From assembly GCA_963728205.1 (NCBI GenBank), contig CAVSIV010000006.1, forward strand, positions 1,568,001 through 1,632,000: DNA of 64,000 bases, given 5' to 3'. This DNA comes from an uncultured Chloroflexia bacterium (lineage in GTDB: Bacteria > Chloroflexota > Dehalococcoidia > UBA2979). Below are positions 43,935 through 54,129 of the stretch, one piece after another (the stretch's first letter is position 1; each line of letters opens with the position of its first letter). Under the pieces are notes generated by a model that had not been told where the DNA came from, searched no databases, and was given only the letters and a program-made list of their open reading frames with translations. Made by a program: the position numbers and the translations under genes.

Positions 43935-45617
43935 TCAGTACCCCATCAGCGAGTTCGCGCTGCGGCCCTCCGTCGGCGCGGGCCAGATCGCGGACGGGTC
44001 GACGCGCACGTTGACGAGCGATGCCCGGCCGGAGGCGAACGCGCGCTCCAGCGCGGGCCGGATGTCCTCCGGGCGCTCGACGTGCTCCGCGTGCCCGCCG
44101 AACGCCTCGATCACGCGGTCGTAGCGGCTCGCCTCGCGGTACATCGCGACCCGCTCAGGATGCGCGCTCTTGAACAGCCGGCTCTCCAGCACGCTGCCCA
44201 TGATGCCGTCGTTGTTGTCGACGACGAACACGATCGGCAGGTCGTAGCGCAGCGCCGTCTCTACCTCCATGCCGTTGAAGCCGAACGACGAGTCGCCGTT
44301 CACGCTCAGCACCGGTAGGTCGGGCCGCGCCAGCGCGGCGCCGATCGCGAACGGCACGCCGACGCCCATGCAGCCGTTCGAACCGGGGTTGAGGCGCGCG
44401 GCGGGGATGTGGCTCGGGAGCACCTGACGCGCCGTCGAGAACGTGATCTGCCCGTCGACCGTCACCACGCACTCGCGCGGGAGGACGTCGCGGATCTCGC
44501 GGAAGAGGCGGTGGTGCGTCATCGGCACGGCGTCGGAGTCCATCAGCGGCTGCAGCGCCGCCTCGTTCTTCGCGCGGTGCTCGCGCAGGTCCGAGAGCCA
44601 CGGCGACTCCGCGAGTCGTGCGTGCGTCGCCTCGCGGCGGTCGGCGAGCGCGGTGAGCAGCTGGTCGAGCACCGTGGCCGCGTCGCCGACGATGCCGACG
44701 TCCGCGGGGCGCGACCGGCCAATCTCCTCCGGGTCGATGTCGACCTGAATCACCTTCGCGTCGGCCGGCAGCGTGCGGCCGAAGCCGAAGATCCAGTTGA
44801 GCCGCGCGCCGACCACCAGCACCGCGTCGGTCCCGCGCAGCGCCGACGACCGCGCGGCGCCGACGTTGAGCGGGTGGTCGTCGGGGATCGCGCCGCGGCC
44901 CATCGGCGAGCAGAGGAAGGGAAGGTTGAGGTCGTCGACCAGGCGCGTCAGCGCGTCGTATGCGCCGGACCAGCGCACCCCCTTGCCGATGATCAGCAGC
45001 GGGCGCTCGGCCTCCGCGAGCAGATCGGCCGCGCGCGCGACGGCGCCCGGGGCGCCGAGCGGCCGCGCGATCGGCTGCGGGCCGGGCGCGGGGCGCACGC
45101 GCGACGTGTCGACCTTCGCCGAGAGCACATCCGACGGCAGGTCGACGTACACCGGCCCGGGCCGGCCGCTCAGCGCGACCTGGTAGGCGCGCGCGACCAG
45201 CTCGGGGATGCGCTCGGGGCGGTCGGCGCGCACGGACCATTTCGTGATCGGCGCCATCATCGTGACGGAGTCGGCCTCCTGGAAGCCGCCCCAGCCGGCG
45301 GTCGCCATCGCGGCCGAGCCGCCGAGCACGACGACCGGCCAGCAATTGTCCCACGCGACATGCACGCCGGTCATGCCGTTCGTCACGGCCGGCCCCGACG
45401 CGAGCAGCGCCGCGCCGACGCGCCCGCCGACGTAGCCCTCGGCGAGCGCCGCCATCACCGCGGCCTGCTCGTGGCGCATGCCGATCGGCCGGATGCCGGC
45501 GTCGCCGCAGGCGCCGACGGCCTCGATCACCGGCCCGCCGACCACCGTGAAGACGTGCTCCGCGCCCTGCGCGCGCAGCGCCTGCCCCACGAGCGTGCTG
45601 CCGTCGACCTCCGCCAT
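43935..45617 (-). CDS. TPP-dependent enzyme, 2-hydroxyacyl-CoA lyase / oxalyl-CoA decarboxylase family
   Basis: MRHEQAA, FQE, GARLNWI, GCMGVG and GDSSFGFNGME...NN motifs. Confidence 0.88.
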   Translation of the reverse strand: MAEVDGSTLVGQALRAQGAEHVFTVVGGPVIEAVGACGDAGIRPIGMRHEQAAVMAALAEGYVGGRVGAALLASGPAVTNGMTGVHVAWDNCWPVVVLGGSAAMATAGWGGFQEADSVTMMAPITKWSVRADRPERIPELVARAYQVALSGRPGPVYVDLPSDVLSAKVDTSRVRPAPGPQPIARPLGAPGAVARAADLLAEAERPLLIIGKGVRWSGAYDALTRLVDDLNLPFLCSPMGRGAIPDDHPLNVGAARSSALRGTDAVLVVGARLNWIFGFGRTLPADAKVIQVDIDPEEIGRSRPADVGIVGDAATVLDQLLTALADRREATHARLAESPWLSDLREHRAKNEAALQPLMDSDAVPMTHHRLFREIRDVLPRECVVTVDGQITFSTARQVLPSHIPAARLNPGSNGCMGVGVPFAIGAALARPDLPVLSVNGDSSFGFNGMEVETALRYDLPIVFVVDNNDGIMGSVLESRLFKSAHPERVAMYREASRYDRVIEAFGGHAEHVERPEDIRPALERAFASGRASLVNVRVDPSAIWPAPTEGRSANSLMGY

Positions 45618-45876
45618 CGTGCCCTCCTTCACCCCGGGTGTGCTTCGAGCGGCGCCGGGTCACGGCGCTGAGACGCGCTCATGGTCGCTCAGCGCCGTCG
45701 CCCGGCGCCGCTCGAAGCACGCGTCATGCGTCGAGGTCCCCGCGACCTCGCGGAGCATAGCCATCGGCGGGGGGGCCCGGCAGCGCGAACGTAATTGACG
45801 CCTCGCGCGGCGCGGGTGTACCAATCGCGCATCTCGGGCCGAGCCACGCTCGCGAACAGGCAGGGAAGAGGCAGCC

Positions 45877-47064
45877 ATGGCCAACCAGCGGCGCGATGCC
45901 GCCATCGCCGGCATCTACGAGTGGCCGAAGCGCGTCGACCGCGACGTCTCGGCGATGGAGATCAAGGCGTCGTCGATTCGCCACGCGCTCGACGACGCCG
46001 GGCTGAAGTGGAGCGACATCGACGGCCTGTACGACGCCGGCGACGGCGAGGGCGGTGGCGGCCTCGGGCTGGCCGCGTACCTCGGCATCAAGCCGACCGT
46101 GATCGACACGACGCAGGTCGGCGGCTCGTCGTACGAGTTCCAGGCGGCGCACGCGCTGCGCGACATCGCCGCCGGCAAGACGAGCGTCGCGGTGCTGTCA
46201 TACGGCTCGAAGGCCGCGTCGCAGCGCATCCCGATCGGGACGGGCGGCGGCGGGGGCGGCGGGACCTGGTCGACGAACATGGAGTCGCCGTACGGCTCCA
46301 CGCTGATCTCGAACTACGCGATGGTCGCCCACCGCCACATGCACGACTACGGCACGACCTCCGCGCAGCTCGCCGAGATCTCGGTGGCGACGCGCCACCA
46401 CGCGATGCGCAACCCGCAGGCCGTGCAGGCGATGAAGGACCTGCAGTTCGTCGGCGTGAACGACATCAGCGTCGACGACGTCCTCAACTCGCGCATGATC
46501 GCGGACCCGCTGCACCTGCTCGAGTGCTGCATGGTCAGCGACGGCGGCGGCTCGGCCGTGATCGTGTCGGCCGACGTCGCGCGCGGCATCAAGAAGAAGC
46601 CGGTGTGGATCATCGGGAGCGGCGAGGCGACGAAATACCGCGAGAACGGCGGCGACATCACCGTCAGCGCGGGCGCCCAGAGCGCGCCGATCGCGTTCGG
46701 CGAGGCGCAGGTGAAGCCGTCCGAGATCGACATCGCGATGATCTACGACTCGTTCACGATCACCGTCGCGGTGTGCCTCGAGGACCTCGGCTTCTGCAAG
46801 AAGGGCGAGATCGGCGACTACATCAGCGGCGGCTCGCTGCGCTACGACCACAAGGGCGCGCCGGCGGTGAACACGGACGGCGGCGGACTGTCGTCGAACC
46901 ACCCGGGCATGCGCGGGCTGTTCCTGCTGCTGGAGTCGGTGCGCCAGTTGCGCGGCGAATCCTCGTCGCAGGTGCCGGACGCGAAGCTGGCGGTGGCGCA
47001 CGGCAACGGCGGGCTGCTCGGCGGCACGCACACCGGCGGCACCGTGATCCTGGCCGCCGACTAG
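45877..47064 (+). CDS. SCP2/Ltp2-type thiolase-fold protein
   Basis: GGSS in place of the thiolase Cys; CCMVSDGG, YDSF and NTDGGGLS motifs. Confidence 0.88.
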   Translation: MANQRRDAAIAGIYEWPKRVDRDVSAMEIKASSIRHALDDAGLKWSDIDGLYDAGDGEGGGGLGLAAYLGIKPTVIDTTQVGGSSYEFQAAHALRDIAAGKTSVAVLSYGSKAASQRIPIGTGGGGGGGTWSTNMESPYGSTLISNYAMVAHRHMHDYGTTSAQLAEISVATRHHAMRNPQAVQAMKDLQFVGVNDISVDDVLNSRMIADPLHLLECCMVSDGGGSAVIVSADVARGIKKKPVWIIGSGEATKYRENGGDITVSAGAQSAPIAFGEAQVKPSEIDIAMIYDSFTITVAVCLEDLGFCKKGEIGDYISGGSLRYDHKGAPAVNTDGGGLSSNHPGMRGLFLLLESVRQLRGESSSQVPDAKLAVAHGNGGLLGGTHTGGTVILAAD

Positions 47065-47105
47065 CCGCCGCCGACGAAGCGAGAGCGCGAGAGAAGGAAC
47101 GAGCG

Positions 47106-47519
47106 ATGCCGAACCGACCGCAGCCGATGTTCCCCGAGCCCGACACGCGTGAGTTCTGGGAGGGCGCGAAGCGCGGCGAGCTGCGCTACCAGGTCTGCAA
47201 CGACTGCAACGAGGTGGTGTTCACACCGCGGGCGCACTGCACGAAGTGCGGCTCCGGGAACCTGGCGTGGAAGACCTCGAGCGGGACCGGGACGGTGTAC
47301 ACGTACTCGGTGGTGCGCCAGAACCGGAACCCGTCGTTCGCGGATCTCGGCGCGTACGCGGTGGCGTACGTGGACCTCGAAGAGGGCTTCCGCATGATGA
47401 CGAACGTGGTGGGCGTGAGCGACCCGACGAAGGACATCCAGATCGGGATGAAGGTCCAGGTGGAGTTCGAGAAGCAGGACTCCGGCGAGTATCCGATCCC
47501 GGTGTTCAAACCTGCGTAG
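47106..47519 (+). CDS. DUF35 Zn-ribbon/OB-fold protein (ChsH2 C-terminal-like)
   Basis: FWEG, CNDC, CTKC, GTVYTYSV and LEEGFRMMTN motifs. Confidence 0.9.
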   Translation: MPNRPQPMFPEPDTREFWEGAKRGELRYQVCNDCNEVVFTPRAHCTKCGSGNLAWKTSSGTGTVYTYSVVRQNRNPSFADLGAYAVAYVDLEEGFRMMTNVVGVSDPTKDIQIGMKVQVEFEKQDSGEYPIPVFKPA

Positions 47520-47547
47520 GAGCGAACGGCCGCTGCGTGAGCAGGCT

Positions 47548-47577
47548 GAGGAGCCCGCGGAACCCCGCGGGCTCCTC
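47548..47577 (+). terminator. Hairpin after the DUF35 gene
   Basis: GAGGAGCCCGCGG-AACC-CCGCGGGCTCCTC. Confidence 0.55.
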
Positions 47578-47706
47578 CGTGCCGTGGCAGGGTCGGGCGG
47601 GCGGAGGCGCCGGGCGCGTTGGCCGCGAGGTGGGTGGGGCGTCTCAGCGCGCTGACGCGCGGCGAACAGCGCGTGGGGGGCGCGGGGTCTCGCTTATGAT
47701 GCGGCC

Positions 47707-49281
47707 GTGACGTTGCCCGCCCCGACCGCCTCGTCCGCCGATCGCGGCGCACCGCTCAACCTGGCGCGCGCGTGCCTCGCTGCGTGGGCGGAGGACCCGG
47801 ATGCGCGCGACCGGCCGGCGTTCACCTTCGTCGATGCCGACGGCGTCGATCACACGTGGAGCTACGGCGAAGCCTGGGAGACCGTGCAGCGCGTGGGCCG
47901 CGGGCTGCTCGCGCGCGGGCTCACGCCCGGCGACCGCGTGCTCGTCCGCGTGCCGCACTCGCCGGACTACGCGTTCGCGTTCTTCGGCGCGAACGCGGCG
48001 GGCCTCGTGCCGATCCCGGCGTCGCCCCAGCTCACCGAGGAGGAGGCGCACTTCCTCGTCGCCGACTCCGAGGCCGCGGGGCTCGTCGCCACCGCCGACC
48101 TGCGCCTCGTCGAGTATCGGGGCATCGCGGTCGACGACGACGCGGGCCTCGCCGCCCTCGACGGGCCCGGTCCGCTCCCCGCGACGCGCGCCGAGGACCC
48201 GGCGTTCCTCATCTACACGTCCGGCACGACGTCGCGCCCGAAGGGCGTGCTGCACGCGCAGCGCGCGATCCTCGCGCGGGCGGCCGTACGCGAGGGCTGG
48301 CACGGCTTCGGCCCCGACGACGTGACGCTGCACGCCGGCACGCTGAACTGGTCGTACACGCTGGTCGTCGGGCTGATGGACGCGTGGCTCGCGGGCGCAC
48401 ACGCGGTGCTCGCCGGTGGGCCGAGCGACCCGCACCGCTGGCCGGCGCTGATGGAGCGGCTCGGGGTCACGGTGTTCGCGTCGGTGCCCACGGTGTTCCG
48501 GCAGATGCTGAAGTACGCGCAGCCGGAGTCGCGCGACCTCTCGTCGCTGCGGCACGTGCTGTGCGCGGGCGAGCCGCTCGCGCCGGCGCTGCGCGAGGAG
48601 TGGCGCGTGCGCGTCGGCACCGAGATGTACGAGTGCCTGGGGATGACCGAGGTCAGCACGTACATCTCGTCGGGTCCCGCGACGCCGGTGCGCGCGGGCT
48701 CGCCGGGGCGGCCGCAGCCGGGGCGGCGCGTGGCGATCCTGCCGGTGGAGGGCGACTCGACGCACCCGCTCCCGCCCGGCGAGACGGGGCTGCTCGCGGT
48801 GCACCGCTCCGACCCCGGGCTGATGCTCGGCTACTGGCGCCGGCCCGACGAGGAGGCGGCGGTCTACCGCGGCGAATGGTTCGTGGGCGGCGACCTGGCG
48901 GCGATGGACGCCGACGGCTACGTCTGGTTCCACGGTCGCGCGGACGACACCATCAAGTCGTTCGGCTACCGCCTGTCGCCGGTCGAGATCGAGGCGGTGA
49001 TGGCGTCGGCGCCGGGGGTGTCCGAGGTGGCGGTCGTCGGGCTGGAGGTCGAGGCGCAGAAGACGCTGGTGGCGGCGTGCGTGGTGCCGCGGCCGGGTGA
49101 GGCGCCGGACGTCGAGTCGCTGCGCGCCCACGCGGCTGCGCACCTGGCGTCGTACAAGCGCCCGCACGAGTACCGCTTCTTCGACACGCTGCCGCGCACG
49201 CGCAACGGCAAGCTGCTGCGCCGTGCGCTGATCGCGGAGCTGCATCGCACCGCGGCGAACGGCCCCGCGTCAGCGGGCTGA
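47707..49281 (+). CDS. Acyl-/aryl-CoA ligase (AMP-binding)
   Basis: YTSGTTSRPKG, GMTE, GD, GRADD and PRTRNGKLLR motifs. Confidence 0.92.
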   Translation: MTLPAPTASSADRGAPLNLARACLAAWAEDPDARDRPAFTFVDADGVDHTWSYGEAWETVQRVGRGLLARGLTPGDRVLVRVPHSPDYAFAFFGANAAGLVPIPASPQLTEEEAHFLVADSEAAGLVATADLRLVEYRGIAVDDDAGLAALDGPGPLPATRAEDPAFLIYTSGTTSRPKGVLHAQRAILARAAVREGWHGFGPDDVTLHAGTLNWSYTLVVGLMDAWLAGAHAVLAGGPSDPHRWPALMERLGVTVFASVPTVFRQMLKYAQPESRDLSSLRHVLCAGEPLAPALREEWRVRVGTEMYECLGMTEVSTYISSGPATPVRAGSPGRPQPGRRVAILPVEGDSTHPLPPGETGLLAVHRSDPGLMLGYWRRPDEEAAVYRGEWFVGGDLAAMDADGYVWFHGRADDTIKSFGYRLSPVEIEAVMASAPGVSEVAVVGLEVEAQKTLVAACVVPRPGEAPDVESLRAHAAAHLASYKRPHEYRFFDTLPRTRNGKLLRRALIAELHRTAANGPASAG

Positions 49282-49373
49282 GCGAACTCCCCGGGTCAAC
49301 CCGGCCTGACCCGCCTCGGCGAGCGGCAGCCGTGGGTTGCGTTGCCGTGCTTGCGTTGCCGGCGAGCGTTACA

Positions 49374-49446
49374 CACGGCAGGCCTGAAGCCTGCCGCGCG
49401 CCGGAAGCGGCCGGAGACACGGCAGGCCTGAAGCCTGCTGCCGCGC
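49374..49446. repeat. Family B, two direct copies (49374-49402 and 49417-49446)
   Basis: CACGGCAGGC-CTGAA-GCCTGCCGCG twice; the second has a CTG duplication. Confidence 0.85.
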
Positions 49447-50240
49447 TACCGGCCGGTGAAGCGCGGCGCGCGGCGCTCGAGGAACGCCGCGCGGCCCTCG
49501 CGCACGTCATCGCTGGCGCGCACCTGCGCCTGCGCGCTCCACTCGAACTCGATCTGCTCCTGCAGCGACGAGTGCCACGAATGGATGACCTCCCGCTTGC
49601 CCCACATGTAGGAGAGCGGCGGGCCCTGCACGAGCGCCGCGGCGATCTCCATCGCGCGAGCCAGCGGGTCGTCCGCAAGCTCGTTGCCGAGGCCGATGCG
49701 GACGGCCTCCTCGGCGCCGACCTCGCGGCTCGTGTAGATGAGCTCCAGCGCCTTCGCGTGGCCGACCAGGCGCGGCAGCCAGTACGTGAGCCCGCAGTCG
49801 GGGCTGAGCGCGCGCCGCGCGAACACCGTCACGAAGCGCGCGCTCGGGCCGAGCACCCGCATGTCGAACGACGTCGCGAACGCGAACCCGGCGCCGGCGC
49901 ACACGCCGTCGATCGCGGCGATGGTCGGCTTGTCGATCGACGGCATCGCGATCCCGAGCGTGGAGATGCCCATCGAGTCCGTGGGCGTCGCCTGCGGGGC
50001 GGCCTCGGGCTCGGCGGGGTTGCGGTCGCTGAGGTCGGCGCCGGACGAGAAGCCGCGCCCCTCGTGCGAGGCGACGACGACGCGCACGTCGGGGTCGACC
50101 TGCAGCCGCCGGCCGAGCTCGACGACCTCCCAGAAGGTGGGCGTGCGCAGCGCGTTCAGTTTCTCGGGGCGGCTGATGCGGAAGTGGGCGATGCCGTCGC
50201 GCACCTCGACGACGAGGTCGTGCAGGTCGCTGTAGTCCAT
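49446..50240 (-). CDS. Enoyl-CoA hydratase/isomerase (crotonase)
   Basis: RPEKLNAL, FSSGADL, KPTIAAIDG and PDCGLTYWLPRLVG motifs. Confidence 0.92.
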   Translation of the reverse strand: MDYSDLHDLVVEVRDGIAHFRISRPEKLNALRTPTFWEVVELGRRLQVDPDVRVVVASHEGRGFSSGADLSDRNPAEPEAAPQATPTDSMGISTLGIAMPSIDKPTIAAIDGVCAGAGFAFATSFDMRVLGPSARFVTVFARRALSPDCGLTYWLPRLVGHAKALELIYTSREVGAEEAVRIGLGNELADDPLARAMEIAAALVQGPPLSYMWGKREVIHSWHSSLQEQIEFEWSAQAQVRASDDVREGRAAFLERRAPRFTGR

Positions 50241-50341
50241 GGGGGGCCTCCGGTGGCTCAGGGCGGTTGCGAGCAGCGAGCCGCGAGCCCGCTGGTGGCG
50301 GTGACGATAGCGGGCGCGGCGGCGAGTGGCGCGGGGCCGAC

Positions 50342-51289
50342 CTAGCGCCCGCGCAGGCGCAGCGTTCGCCGGATGCGGCGGCGCATGCGCTGCCACCGCG
50401 TCGGGCCGCGGAGCGTGCGCCGCAGGATCTCGCATGCCTCGGTGGTGCCCACAATCATCGGCTGGCGCCAGTCGCGCAGCGACGGCGCGCGCTGCTCCTT
50501 CGAGTTCGCGGGGAGGCGAGCGGGCGGCGCGAACCGCTCGAACGGCCGCCACTCGCTGCCGTCGCGGATCCACGCCTCGCGCCCGGCCTCGCGCACGAGC
50601 AGCACGCCGGCGGCGAGGTCCCAGATGTGCAGCGCCCAGAAGGTCGAGCTCATGAACATGCCGGCGGCGACGAACGCGATCTCGATCGCGGCGGAGCCCG
50701 TGACGCGGTTGTCCCACTCGCGCCGGCCGGCGCCGGCGCCGCCGGGCGCACCGCTCAGCCGGCGACGCACGCCGGCGATCGGGCGGTTGGGGTCGAGCGG
50801 CTCGCCGTCAAAGTGCAGCCCGCCGTCGTGGTGCGCGTGGTACACGCCCGGCCGCAGCGCGTGGCTCGCGGCGCACCACACCGCGCCGACGACCGGCACC
50901 CCGCGATGCAGCACGCCGATCGACACCGCGAACAGCGGGAAGCCGTTGATGAAGTTCGCCGTGCCGTCGACCGGGTCGATCACCCAGACCCAGTCCTCCG
51001 TGTCGGGGTGCTCGTCGACCTCCTCGCCGAGCACGGCGTGGCCGGGGAAGCGCGCGGCGACGCGGTCGCGCACCAGCTGCTCGATCGCGCGATCGATCTC
51101 GGAGACGGGGTCGGTGGGCGGGCGGTCGCCCTTCGCCTCGGTCTTGTAGTTGATCTCGAGGTTCTGCTCGAGCGCCTCCGCGGCGCGCGCGCCGGCCTCC
51201 CGCGCCAGCTCGAGTGCCAGCACCTCGACCGCGACGAGCGTCTCGGTGGCCGGCGCGGCGGCCGGGGCGGGGGCGGGGTCGGCAGCCAT
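50342..51289 (-). CDS. Inositol monophosphatase family
   Basis: LGEE, WVIDPVDGTANF and IWDLAAG motifs. Confidence 0.9.
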   Translation of the reverse strand: MAADPAPAPAAAPATETLVAVEVLALELAREAGARAAEALEQNLEINYKTEAKGDRPPTDPVSEIDRAIEQLVRDRVAARFPGHAVLGEEVDEHPDTEDWVWVIDPVDGTANFINGFPLFAVSIGVLHRGVPVVGAVWCAASHALRPGVYHAHHDGGLHFDGEPLDPNRPIAGVRRRLSGAPGGAGAGRREWDNRVTGSAAIEIAFVAAGMFMSSTFWALHIWDLAAGVLLVREAGREAWIRDGSEWRPFERFAPPARLPANSKEQRAPSLRDWRQPMIVGTTEACEILRRTLRGPTRWQRMRRRIRRTLRLRGR

Positions 51290-51298
51290 GGCGCGTCG

Positions 51299-52036
51299 TC
51301 AGACCTTCGTGCCGAAGTCGCTGCCGACGATGAGCAGCCGGCCGGACTGTCGCTGCACGAGCCGCTCGCGCTCGCCCCACGCGGCGACGACGTCCGCGGA
51401 CGGCTGCGCGCCGGCCCCCGGACGCGCGAGCCGGTGCCACTCGGGAAGCGAGGGGAAGGCGAAGAGCGTGATCACCTCGTTCGACGGCGCGAGCGGGTCG
51501 CGGCCGAAGCCGATCAGGTGGCCGCCCTGCGACTCGAGCCAGGGCCAGATGCGGTCGCGGCTGAGGCGCGCGAAGTCGGCCTCCGCACCGTCGGCGAGCG
51601 CGTAGGTGCGCTCCGAGACGACGGAGCCGGCGCCGAAGGTGGGCGGCGCGTCGACGAGCGGCTCGCCGGCGTGGCGGTAGCGCGGGCGCGGCCGGGAGAG
51701 GTCGTCGTCGAGGTCGATCAGGCGCGCCTGCGACCGCGAGACGAGCCGGCCGCGGTGGGCGAAGATCGGGCGCAGCTCCTTCGTCTCCTCGAGCATCGCG
51801 TCGTCGTGGTAGTAGGCGCCGGCGCCGGCGCGGGTGGCGAGCCAGTGCTCGAAGTCGGCGTAGACGGTGTGGGTGAGGACGTACTCGCCGCTGCCGCCGA
51901 AGCCCCAGGTGCCGTAGGCGACCATCAGCGCGCCGAAGTGAAGGAACGCCGGCCACAGGCCCTCGCGGCTCTGGCGTTCGAACTCGGCGCGATCGGGCTG
52001 TGCCACGGCGAACTCGCGCTGCACGAGGATGCTCAT
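51299..52036 (-). CDS. Tandem NIPSNAP-like (dimeric alpha-beta barrel) protein
   Basis: Two repeats of F.R.SR...WP......G; no match to a characterised enzyme recognised. Confidence 0.6.
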   Translation of the reverse strand: MSILVQREFAVAQPDRAEFERQSREGLWPAFLHFGALMVAYGTWGFGGSGEYVLTHTVYADFEHWLATRAGAGAYYHDDAMLEETKELRPIFAHRGRLVSRSQARLIDLDDDLSRPRPRYRHAGEPLVDAPPTFGAGSVVSERTYALADGAEADFARLSRDRIWPWLESQGGHLIGFGRDPLAPSNEVITLFAFPSLPEWHRLARPGAGAQPSADVVAAWGERERLVQRQSGRLLIVGSDFGTKV

Positions 52037-52134
52037 CGCGACTCCTTCCCGCGCGCAGCATAGCGGCCGGTCCGCGGGGCAGTTCGTGGCGCCGGGCGAT
52101 CCTATGCTGGCGGGACGGCGGAGGGACGGGTGCG

Positions 52135-52317
52135 ATGAGCGACGACGGCTGGCAGTACTCGACGGAGGGCGACCTCGACCCGGACCTGACGGAAGAGGCC
52201 GGGTATGCGGGCTGGGACCCGCCACGCCGCGAGTGGTGGCCGGTGGTGTTCCGCGGCCTGGCGCTCGTGCTGTTGGTCGTGCTGGTGGGTGGCGCGCTGA
52301 TCTTCCTCGTCCGCTGA
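52135..52317 (+). CDS. Small protein with an acidic N-terminus and a C-terminal transmembrane helix
   Basis: MSDDGWQYSTEGDLDPDLTEEAGY...LALVLLVVLVGGALIFLVR; purine-rich SD. Confidence 0.6.
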   Translation: MSDDGWQYSTEGDLDPDLTEEAGYAGWDPPRREWWPVVFRGLALVLLVVLVGGALIFLVR

Positions 52318-52444
52318 CGCCCGGCAGAGGGGTCGCGACGCCGCCGCGCCCAGCGTGAGCGCGTGCTAGCATGCCCGCCGCCCGACGGCGCGACGCGCGC
52401 GCCGAGCCCCGCCGCCCGCACGAGCCGATCGAGAGGATGCCGCG

Positions 52445-52855
52445 ATGCAGAAACCGTCCAGGCCGTTGCCCCAGCCGACGCCCGAGTCACAGGAGTACTG
52501 GGACGGCCTGAAGCGGCACGAGCTGCGCATCCAGCGCTGCCGCGACTGCACGCAGTACTACTTCTACCCGCGCCCGTTCTGCCCGCACTGCCACTCCGAG
52601 AACGTCGAGTGGCGGACGGTCTCCGGCCGCGGCAAGCTCCACACCTACGTCATCGCGCATCGCGGCCATCCGGCGTTCGAGTCTCCCTACGTGATCGCGA
52701 TGGTCGAGCTCGACGAGGGCGCAAAGATGATGACCAACATCGTCGGTGTCGAGGACCCGACCCCCGAGAAGCTCCCCGTGGATGCGGCCGTGCAGATCGT
52801 CTACCAGGACGTGAACGACACGATCACGCTCCCGGCGTTCCAGCTCGTCTCCTAG
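52445..52855 (+). CDS. DUF35 Zn-ribbon/OB-fold protein
   Basis: YWDG, CRDC, CPHC and ELDEGAKMMTN motifs. Confidence 0.9.
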   Translation: MQKPSRPLPQPTPESQEYWDGLKRHELRIQRCRDCTQYYFYPRPFCPHCHSENVEWRTVSGRGKLHTYVIAHRGHPAFESPYVIAMVELDEGAKMMTNIVGVEDPTPEKLPVDAAVQIVYQDVNDTITLPAFQLVS

Positions 52856-52875
52856 ATCGCGACAGGAATCCACTG

Positions 52876-54033
52876 ATGCCCGACACCACTGCACTCCGCC
52901 ACAAGGTCGCGATCGTCGGTGCCTCCGAGACGAACGCGGTCGGCGTGCTGCCGACGCACTCCGTCCCGATGCTGCACGCCGAGGCGGCCTACAACGCCCT
53001 GAAGGACGCTGGCCTGAAGATGTCCGACATCGACGGCGTGGCCACCGCCGGCATCTCGCCGGCGCAGCTCACCGAGTACCTCGGCATCATGCCCAAGTGG
53101 ATCGACGGCACGTCCGTCGGCGGCGGCTCGTTCCTGATCCACGTTGGCCACGCGGCGGCCGCGATCGCGGCCGGATACGCGAGCACCGTCCTGATCACGC
53201 ACGGCGAGTCGGGACGGTCGCGCATCGGCGCCGGCGGCTTCGGCGGCGGCGCTTCGACCCCCGGCGGGCAGTTCGAGTCTCCCTTCGGCGTTGCGGGCCC
53301 CCCGACGATGTTCTCGGTGCCGATCGTCCGGCACATGCACAAGTACGGGACGACCGAGGAGCAGCTCGCGGCCGTATCGGTGGCGACCCGCCAGTGGGCC
53401 GAGAAGAACCCCCGCGCGATGATGCGCGACCCGATCACGATCGACGACGTGCTGAACTCGCGCCTGATCGCCTGGCCGCTCCACCTGCTCAACTGCTGCC
53501 TCGTGACGGACGGCGGCGGCGCGCTCATCGTCGTCAGCGAGGAGCGCGCGAAGGACTTCCCGCAGAAGCCGGTCTACTTGCTTGGCCGTGGCGAGTCGAC
53601 GTCGCACCAGGGCATCTCGCAGATGCGGGACTACACCGTGTGGACGCAGGCCGCGCAGATCACCGGACCCGAGGCGTTCAAGATGGCCGGCGTCGGCCAC
53701 GAGGACATCGATCACGCGATGTTCTACGACGCGTTCAGCCACACCCCGATGTATGCGCTCGAGGCGCTCGGCTTCGTGAAGCCGGGCGAGAGCGGGCCGT
53801 TCTTCGCCGAGATGCACACGGCGCCGGGTGGGGACTTCCCGCTGAACACGAACGGCGGTGGACTCTCGTACACGCACAGCGGCATGTACGGGATGTTCGC
53901 GATCCAGGAGTCGGTCGCACAGCTGCGCGGCGTCGCCGGTGAGCGCCAGGTGTCGGACGTCGAGACGGGCATCGTGCACGCGCCGGGCGGCATGTTCTCC
54001 GCGACCGCGACGCTGATCCTCGGCAACCAGTAA
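52876..54033 (+). CDS. SCP2/Ltp2-type thiolase-fold protein
   Basis: GGGS, CCLVTDGG, YDAF and NTNGGGLSYTHSG motifs. Confidence 0.88.
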   Translation: MPDTTALRHKVAIVGASETNAVGVLPTHSVPMLHAEAAYNALKDAGLKMSDIDGVATAGISPAQLTEYLGIMPKWIDGTSVGGGSFLIHVGHAAAAIAAGYASTVLITHGESGRSRIGAGGFGGGASTPGGQFESPFGVAGPPTMFSVPIVRHMHKYGTTEEQLAAVSVATRQWAEKNPRAMMRDPITIDDVLNSRLIAWPLHLLNCCLVTDGGGALIVVSEERAKDFPQKPVYLLGRGESTSHQGISQMRDYTVWTQAAQITGPEAFKMAGVGHEDIDHAMFYDAFSHTPMYALEALGFVKPGESGPFFAEMHTAPGGDFPLNTNGGGLSYTHSGMYGMFAIQESVAQLRGVAGERQVSDVETGIVHAPGGMFSATATLILGNQ

Positions 54034-54063
54034 TCTTCCTCGCGTACACCGGCCTCGGCCGTC

Positions 54064-54091
54064 GAACGGGCGCCCCGCGGGGCGCCCGTTC
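54064..54091. terminator. Perfect 28-bp palindrome, probable terminator
   Basis: GAACGGGCGCCCCG/CGGGGCGCCCGTTC, 30 bp after the stop codon. Confidence 0.6.
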
Positions 54092-54129
54092 TGTATCCTC
54101 TGCGGCCGAGAGCGCGGAGGTGCAGCTCG

